From Octopus bimaculoides (lineage: Eukaryota), in assembly GCF_001194135.2 (NCBI RefSeq), contig NC_068997.1, positions 9,870,293 through 9,924,114 of the forward strand: a DNA stretch of 53,822 bases, written 5' to 3'. Position numbers and translations under genes: made by a program. The notes beneath the pieces were generated by a model. The model was not told the origin of the DNA. It did no database searches and worked only from the letters and a program-made list of their open reading frames with translations. Numbering within the stretch: the stretch's first letter is position 1; each line of letters opens with the position of its first letter. This document shows positions 50,216 through 53,822 of the stretch, piece by piece.

Positions 50216-50834
50216 TGTATACACACACACGTGTGTGTGTGTATATATATATATATATATGTGAATGTTTGTATACATATGTATATCTGTCTATTGATCC
50301 ATCTTCTTTCTTTCTTTCATTCTTTCTGTTTCCCTTCCCTCCTTCCTTCCTTTCCTGTATACCAACACAGCATATGTTTTGTGTAATAGAGTATATTTAT
50401 ATATTTTTAATAAACCTGTAATTATAAGATAATCTTACTGTAGAACGAAACCTAAGACCTAAGCATATAACACTCTTAAATGCTTGGCTGTGCAACATGT
50501 GTATGATATTCTTTTATTTGTATTTATATATTCTAATCACTGGTTCATTTCATTTCTGACAAGGAGAGCGACAAGGGAGTGTTTCGTAACTCAATACAGA
50601 ACAAATATCTCAAGTGAGTTTATTCATAAAACACTAGTTTGGTGGAGATTTTCTCAATGGTTTTGTTATTTTTCACTGATAATTTTAATTTTAACTTTAT
50701 TAAATAGACAAAAGTGAAAGATACAAGCTCATACATGCTTATATTAATATGTAATGTGTGTGTGTGTGTGTGTGTGTATTTAGGTATGTATGTATGTATG
50801 TCTAGTCACCTATATTGTAAATCAGGTGTAATTA

Positions 50835-51304
50835 ACCAGCACAAAGCACATCAAAAGCTGAATTTCTTTAAAAGAAAAGTCATGCTGTCAATTTGGTGCG
50901 ATTACAAAGGTGTTGTGTATTTTATTTAAGCTGCTTCCAAGGAACCAAACAATCAATTCAGCTGTTTGCTGTCAACAACTAATGAAACTGGAAGAAGCAA
51001 TCAAATAAAAACGAACAGAATTGGCTAATCATAAAGGAATCGTGTTCCACCATGACAACGCTAGACCCCACACTTCTTTGCTAACTCGTGAAAAAATTAT
51101 TGGAGCTTGGTTGGGAATTGATGCCACATCCACCCTATAGCCCTGACCTTGCGCCATCAGATTACCATTTATTTCAAAGTTTGCAAAATCCTTTGAATGG
51201 TAAAACTTTCAATAATGATGATGACCTGAAATTGCATTTACTTCAGGTTTTGGCTGATAAGAACCAGAAGTTCCATGGGCGTGGAACCATGAAGTTGCCT
51301 GAAG
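50835..51304 (+). pseudogene. mariner (Tc1/mariner, DD34D) transposase, C-terminal catalytic-domain remnant
   Basis: PAQSTSKAE..KVMLSIWCDYKGVVYF..LLPRNQTINS..HHDNARPHTSL..LLELGWELMPHPPYSPDLAPSDYHLF; frameshifts and a TAA stop near 51006; no TIRs seen. Confidence 0.92.
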
Positions 51305-51386
51305 TAGCCATCTGGTTCACCAGTCCCCAATCAAATCGTCCAACCCATGCTAGCATGGAAAGCGGACGTTAAATGATGATGATGAT
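51305..51386 (+). mobile_element. Family C 3' tail abutting the mariner remnant
   Basis: TAGCCATCTGGTTCACCAGTCC...CCAACCCATGCTAGCATGGAAAGCGGACGTTAAATGATGATG. Confidence 0.85.
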
Positions 51387-51397
51387 ATATATTTACA

Positions 51398-51557
51398 TAC
51401 GATGGGCTTCTTTCAGTTTCTGTCTATCAAATCCATTCACAAGGCTATGGTCAGCCTGAGGCAGAAGATATTTACCCAAGGTGCTATACAGTGTGATTGA
51501 ACCCGGGACCATGTGGTTGGGAAACAAACTTCTTACCACACAGCTACACCTGTGCCT
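51398..51557 (-). mobile_element. SINE family B head
   Basis: GGGCTTCTTTCAGTTTC...GATTGAACCCGGGACCATGTGGTTGGG. Confidence 0.8.
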
Positions 51558-51604
51558 ATCACCTGTATTATATATATGTGTGTGTGTGTATAAAATAGCT
51601 TTCT

Positions 51605-51648
<44 letters not shown>

Positions 51649-52639
51649 NNNNNNNNNNNNNNNNNNNNNNNNNNNNNNNNNNNNNNNNNNNNNNNNNNNN
51701 NNNNNNNNNNNNNNNNNNNNNNNNNNNNNNNNNNNNNNNNNNNNNNNNNNNNNNNNNNNNNNNNNNNNNNNNNNNNNNNNNNNNNNNNNNNNNNNNNNNN
51801 TATATATATATATATATATATTTATTTATTTATTTATTTATAAGTAACTCTGTCTATCTATCTATCTATCTATATATATATACATATATAATGTAGACAC
51901 ACGCACACACATACTATGGTATGAGTGAAACACTCGCTATAGATAAATATTCTCATTTTTTTAATGCAATCTTAGTTATTTACCTTCAGTTATATTATAT
52001 ATATATATTTTTTCTATCTGCAAAAGAATATTTCTAAGTTAATTTGACCCAAAATATATTTACACACACATGCGCACACACACACACACACACATACACA
52101 CACGCACACACACGAATATATATCTGCAAAGGTATAAATAATATTTAAAAAAAAACAAAAAAACAGCAGCAACATTTTAAAATTATGCAAACACATTGCA
52201 ATATTTGATGAAGCAAAATATTATGCTGTAAGCTTGTTTCTATGACAACTCTATCAAGAACTGGGAAGGTAGAAATATATTTCGTATTTATTTACTTATT
52301 TAGTTTTTTTTTTATTTACTTATTTAGTTTTTGTTGTACGTTTTCAGAAAAGAAAAAAAATGTATTAAGTATTCAGAAATATGCATGCACACACACACTC
52401 ATCTACACACCTGTATGCGTACACACACATGCACTCATACATACATGCATGTATATATTATATTTATGCATATATTATAGATGAAGTATAGATATGTATG
52501 TTTGTGTGTGTGTGTGTATGCTTTATAGTTAAATGTATGTATATTTGTTACATATGAATTATATATATTCACATATATTCGATACACACATATATGCATG
52601 CACACCCACATATACACACACACATATATATATATATAT

Positions 52640-52893
52640 TGATAAGATAAGCCTCCATCCTGAGTCATACAAAATCGCAGGCTCAGTTTCCTGGTTTCTC
52701 TGGTGAATATACTCTCCCCTAGTTGGAATGCCAGTCTATCACAGGAATGGTCATCTTTGCCAGGCGAGGGAACTGGAGCAACGTAAAATGAAGTGTTTTG
52801 CTTAAGAAGACAATGCATTGCCCAGTCCAGGAATCGAAACCTTGATCTTATGATCAGGAACCCACCATCCCAGCCACTAAGCCACATGCCTCT
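52640..52893 (-). mobile_element. SINE family D
   Basis: Reverse complement GCATGTGGCTTAGTGG...GGTTTCGATTCCTGGACTGGGCAATGC...CGTTGCTCCAGTTC matches 48618. Confidence 0.75.
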
Positions 52894-52967
52894 GCATACA
52901 TATATGTGTATGTGTGTGTATGTATATAGGTATATTTTATATATATATATATATAAATAAATAAAGA

Positions 52968-53127
52968 TTAAAGACCCCCTTCGGACATGAATGACCGTGG
53001 GATTTTACCTAGAAAGTTACCCACGGAGGCACATGTCTGGGCATGGTTGTTTATGGAAGACTAGCAGTCACCCATGCATACCAGCCTCCCTTCTCCATGC
53101 AACCCATGTTATCCAAAGGAAAGGCAA
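52968..53127 (-). mobile_element. Retroposon 3' segment fused to the RT fragment
   Basis: Non-coding segment ending GAAGGGGGTCTTTAATCTTTATTTATTTAT, directly continuous with the RT remnant. Confidence 0.5.
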
Positions 53128-53640
53128 CCCTCACTTTACTGGTAGCATCCCTAGTTTCCACATTGACCACCAGATTGGGGGACCCTGTCAAAGGTTTTCT
53201 CCAAGTCAACAAAGGCCAAGTACAGAGGTTTATCTTTGGCTATGTATTTCTCCTGCAGCTGCCTCACCAGAAATATAGCATCAGTGGTGCTTCTCCCTGG
53301 CTCAAAACCAAACTGCATCTCATCTAAGATAACTCTAATTGGTTGGGCTATGACTCTCACCGTAACTTTCATCACTTGATCCAGCAATTTGGTACCTCTG
53401 TAATTATTTCTATCTAAGGCATCACCTTTACCTTTGTAGCAGTTGACTATGGTGCTGCTACACCAGTCATTGGGTATGATTCCTTCGTGAACCACCTGAT
53501 TAACAATACAGGTGACTAGACAATAACCCATACCAACAGATATTTTAAGAATCTCAGCAGTGATTCCTGATGGGCTGGGGGCTTTTCTAGTCTTTATATC
53601 CTTAATTGCATTATCTACCATGAAACTTGGCAGTGGCAGC
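53123..53640 (-). pseudogene. RTE-clade LINE reverse transcriptase fragment
   Basis: KAPSPSGITAEILK..IPNDWCSSTIVNCYKGKGDALDRNNYRGTKLL..QFGFEPGRSTTDAIFLVRQLQEKY..LYLAFVDLEKTFDRVP: N-terminal RT subdomains; the catalytic YADD region is absent. Confidence 0.92.
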
Positions 53641-53726
53641 AGCACCTTCGACAAATGTCATCTACTATAGCCCTGGGCCAATCAAAGGCTTGTGAGTAGA
53701 TTTAGTTGATGATGAAAACTGAAAGA
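53641..53726 (+). mobile_element. SINE family B fragment followed by (TA)n
   Basis: GCACCTTCGACAAATGTCATCTACTATAGCCCTGGGCC...GAAAACTGAAAGAAGCCC. Confidence 0.8.
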
Positions 53727-53766
53727 AGCCCATTGTATATATACATACATCCATATATGTATGTAT

Positions 53767-53822
<56 letters not shown>

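Overview
Repeat-saturated eukaryotic genomic DNA, most likely intronic or intergenic sequence from a coleoid cephalopod (Octopus-like). The taxon is inferred from the tRNA-derived SINE families, RTE-type tails and extreme microsatellite load. About 6.2 kb (about 11%) is N, in 13 assembly gaps that mostly abut microsatellites. I recognise no intact protein-coding gene; nearly all long ORFs in the track are translations of microsatellites or N-runs. Supportable content: dozens of copies of four short retroposon families (labelled A-D here); decayed LINE fragments (RTE reverse transcriptase, CR1, a CR1/L2/Jockey-group 3' ORF, probable L1/Tx1, and an R4/Dong-like C-terminus inside a (TAA)n tract); a mariner DD34D transposase remnant; TTAA-flanked piggyBac-like MITEs including a 253-bp triplet array; a frameshifted double C2H2 zinc finger; and a 201-bp near-perfect hairpin. 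The best leads are (i) the apparently microsatellite-targeted R4/Dong-like retrotransposon and (ii) three unrelated, degenerate hammerhead-ribozyme-like cores of the kind carried by Penelope-like elements, one next to the long hairpin. A few weak candidate host exons are noted. Repeat boundaries were read by eye and are approximate (about +/-10 bp).
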